From Anthoceros angustus (taxonomy: Eukaryota; Plantae; Anthocerotophyta), in NCBI GenBank assembly GCA_010909165.1, contig MU008158.1, positions 2,753,478 through 2,817,477 of the forward strand: a stretch of DNA of 64,000 bases, in the 5' to 3' direction. This document shows, piece after piece, positions 62,203-64,000 of this stretch. A model generated the notes under the pieces. That model was not told where the DNA came from, searched no databases, and saw nothing but the letters and a program-made list of their open reading frames with translations. The translations under genes were made by a program, and so were the position numbers. The first letter of the stretch is position 1; each line of letters starts with the position of its first letter.

Positions 62203-63964
62203 TTACTCCGGTTGCGGCCGTGCTTGGACGATGTAGATAGTATCATCCACAATACATCCCTCAACATCTTGAGCTGCGCCGAATTTTTGTTCCAAGAAGA
62301 AACCTATCGCAGCGAGGCGTTGTCCAATCAGTTTGCGATAATCCGTCTCGGTCGACAGGCGCTTCTTGCTGTAGTCGATGATCTTGGGCACGATCTTGGC
62401 ATTTGCAGCGTCCCCAGGTTGCACAATCAATTCATCGCTGAAGTTGGCGAACGCCAAAGTTCTTATGCTCCCGTCGAACTTGCCACACTGAAGACGCCAA
62501 GGTGTTCCTTTTTTACCCGATGCCAGAGTCTCTCCCAGGCCCACAGCTATTTCTGCTTGCACCACGTTTGCATTCCGATCTATCGGACTCACAGTGTGCA
62601 GAACGAAACTCAACTCTGGCGTCAATAGCTCCTGGACTAAAACTGCCATTCTTGCTGCTCGCTGGGGAACACCAGCAACTCTTCTGCTCAGAACAGCTCG
62701 TCGAGTATAGAGGGATGCCCACACCTCAGATACTGCCTTGCCAAAGGCTTCCGGTTCAGATGTTCTCACATTTGCAATGGAATCGTAGAGACCAGCCCCA
62801 GACATTCCAGCCAAATCCTCCACATTTGCACTAGATCTCACTATCAGTCTAGCATCCGCCTGGAAAGCCTTCCCTATACTGTTTATAGTCGATGCAGGCA
62901 ACCTCTGTGCACCAACCAGCGCCCTGAGCTCATTACATACTTTATCCAGCTCACCACCCTCCAGTTGGACGGTTTCCACTTTTTCCAATAATGATTCGAA
63001 CTCCTTTATCTTGCCGCTAGCTGACAAAGCCTCCTCCATGGCACCAAAGGGTATCACTCGACCCTCCGGCACTTTGAATGCTGCTGGAACTCCCTGATCG
63101 CTGAACACTGCCAACGCGCACGGAACCATCAACAGAAGGCAGACAGAAAACAAGAGGCAAGATCAGCGCTAGACAACTTGTAAGATTGGATACCCTTCAA
63201 AGCCTGCTCAGCTAATACAGCAAGTTGCCCACAAAACGCAGCCTTTGCACCCGCTGTCTCTGTAACAGCGTTCGACAACTCTAAGATAGTACCAGCTTTA
63301 CTGGTCACAACCTGAAAATCCATGACGCAAATTTTCAGCTTACGTGCAACGATCGCCAGCGGCATGCTAGCCCCTAAGTTCCTCCAAGTGTCAAAGAATC
63401 ATTGAAGGTGTGCTTCGCTGGTGCATACCTGACTCTCTTTCACAAGCACCTTGGTTCTGCCAGTGGCAGCTTGCAGGCCTAAGGTACTGTCCCCAGCTGC
63501 CTTTTCCTGTTGTGCATGACTCTTGGCCACGCTTGCGGGCTGAACATCTCCGCTTATTGGGCCAGTGTGGGCCGTAACACTCACACCTTCTGGTGTTGCC
63601 TCCAACCTGTACCACAAGGTCGAGAATTCACCACTAACTTGGTATCGTAAAACGCCCAGAATCGGACGTCAGAGACACTTAGTGATGGGAAGAGAGGGTT
63701 ACTTGATTGCTCGACCGGCCAAAGCATGAATATCTGCAATCCTCTCATCGTCATCACATGTTACAAACACTACCTTCTCCTGCAGGGATGCAGGAGGTTT
63801 ATAGGCTTGGATTAGGTAGCTGGCACATAAAAATAATTCACTGAACCTGTAAAGCCATCCCCAGAACAGCTGCAGACCTGTCGGGCACGGACACCCAAAT
63901 GTGATAGATGAGGAAGTTCGTGCTGGAGAATCACACCGGCCACATTACGACCCGCAGCCTTTAC
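62203..63964 (-). CDS. PWD: Phosphoglucan, water dikinase (PWD/GWD3), 3' exons; 5' end beyond window
   Basis: Exons approx. 63964-63878 ([20 protein letters not shown], catalytic His), 63779-63703, 63606-63428, 63311-63194 ([13 protein letters not shown]) and 63107-62203 (PPDK-type nucleotide-binding domain: [24 protein letters not shown]...QDVEGCIV...[11 protein letters not shown]). Confidence 0.95.
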
Positions 63965-64000
63965 CTGCAGTTTCCGCAACAGTGATATGAGTTCAACAGA

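Overview
This is eukaryotic land-plant nuclear DNA with compact 70-150 bp GT-AG introns. A bryophyte or lycophyte source such as a hornwort is inferred from gene style only. Host genes: the 3' part of an importin-7/8 (SAD2-like) gene (+, to 4851), a complete PEX5 (-, 35828-40238), a SIP aquaporin (-, ~49.7-51.4 kb, partly duplicated), an mPGES-2-type GST (-, 51719-53127) and the 3' part of phosphoglucan water dikinase (-, 62203 to window end). The interval 8.6-31.7 kb is a GC-rich, indel-riddled, head-to-tail array of a non-chromovirus Ty3/Gypsy retrotransposon on the minus strand. It has two ~0.63 kb LTRs and one PR-RT-RH-INT block. It also carries three long accessory reading frames that share modules with each other, which is the most unusual system here. 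Other elements are a Copia LTR/PBS and gag remnant, several LINE remnants (one fused to Copia RT/RNase H), a TIR-bounded PIF/Harbinger element ~320 bp upstream of the PEX5 ATG, a second Harbinger relic and a MITE-like insertion. There is also a 317 bp pyrimidine tract and an orphan membrane-anchored Glu-rich gene built from 18 bp and 60 bp repeats (59416-60807). Many local tandem duplications have short microhomology junctions, and the dense indels suggest that part of the window is unpolished long-read consensus. Frameshifts and duplications therefore need read-level validation. All protein assignments are from motif recognition, and no searches were run.
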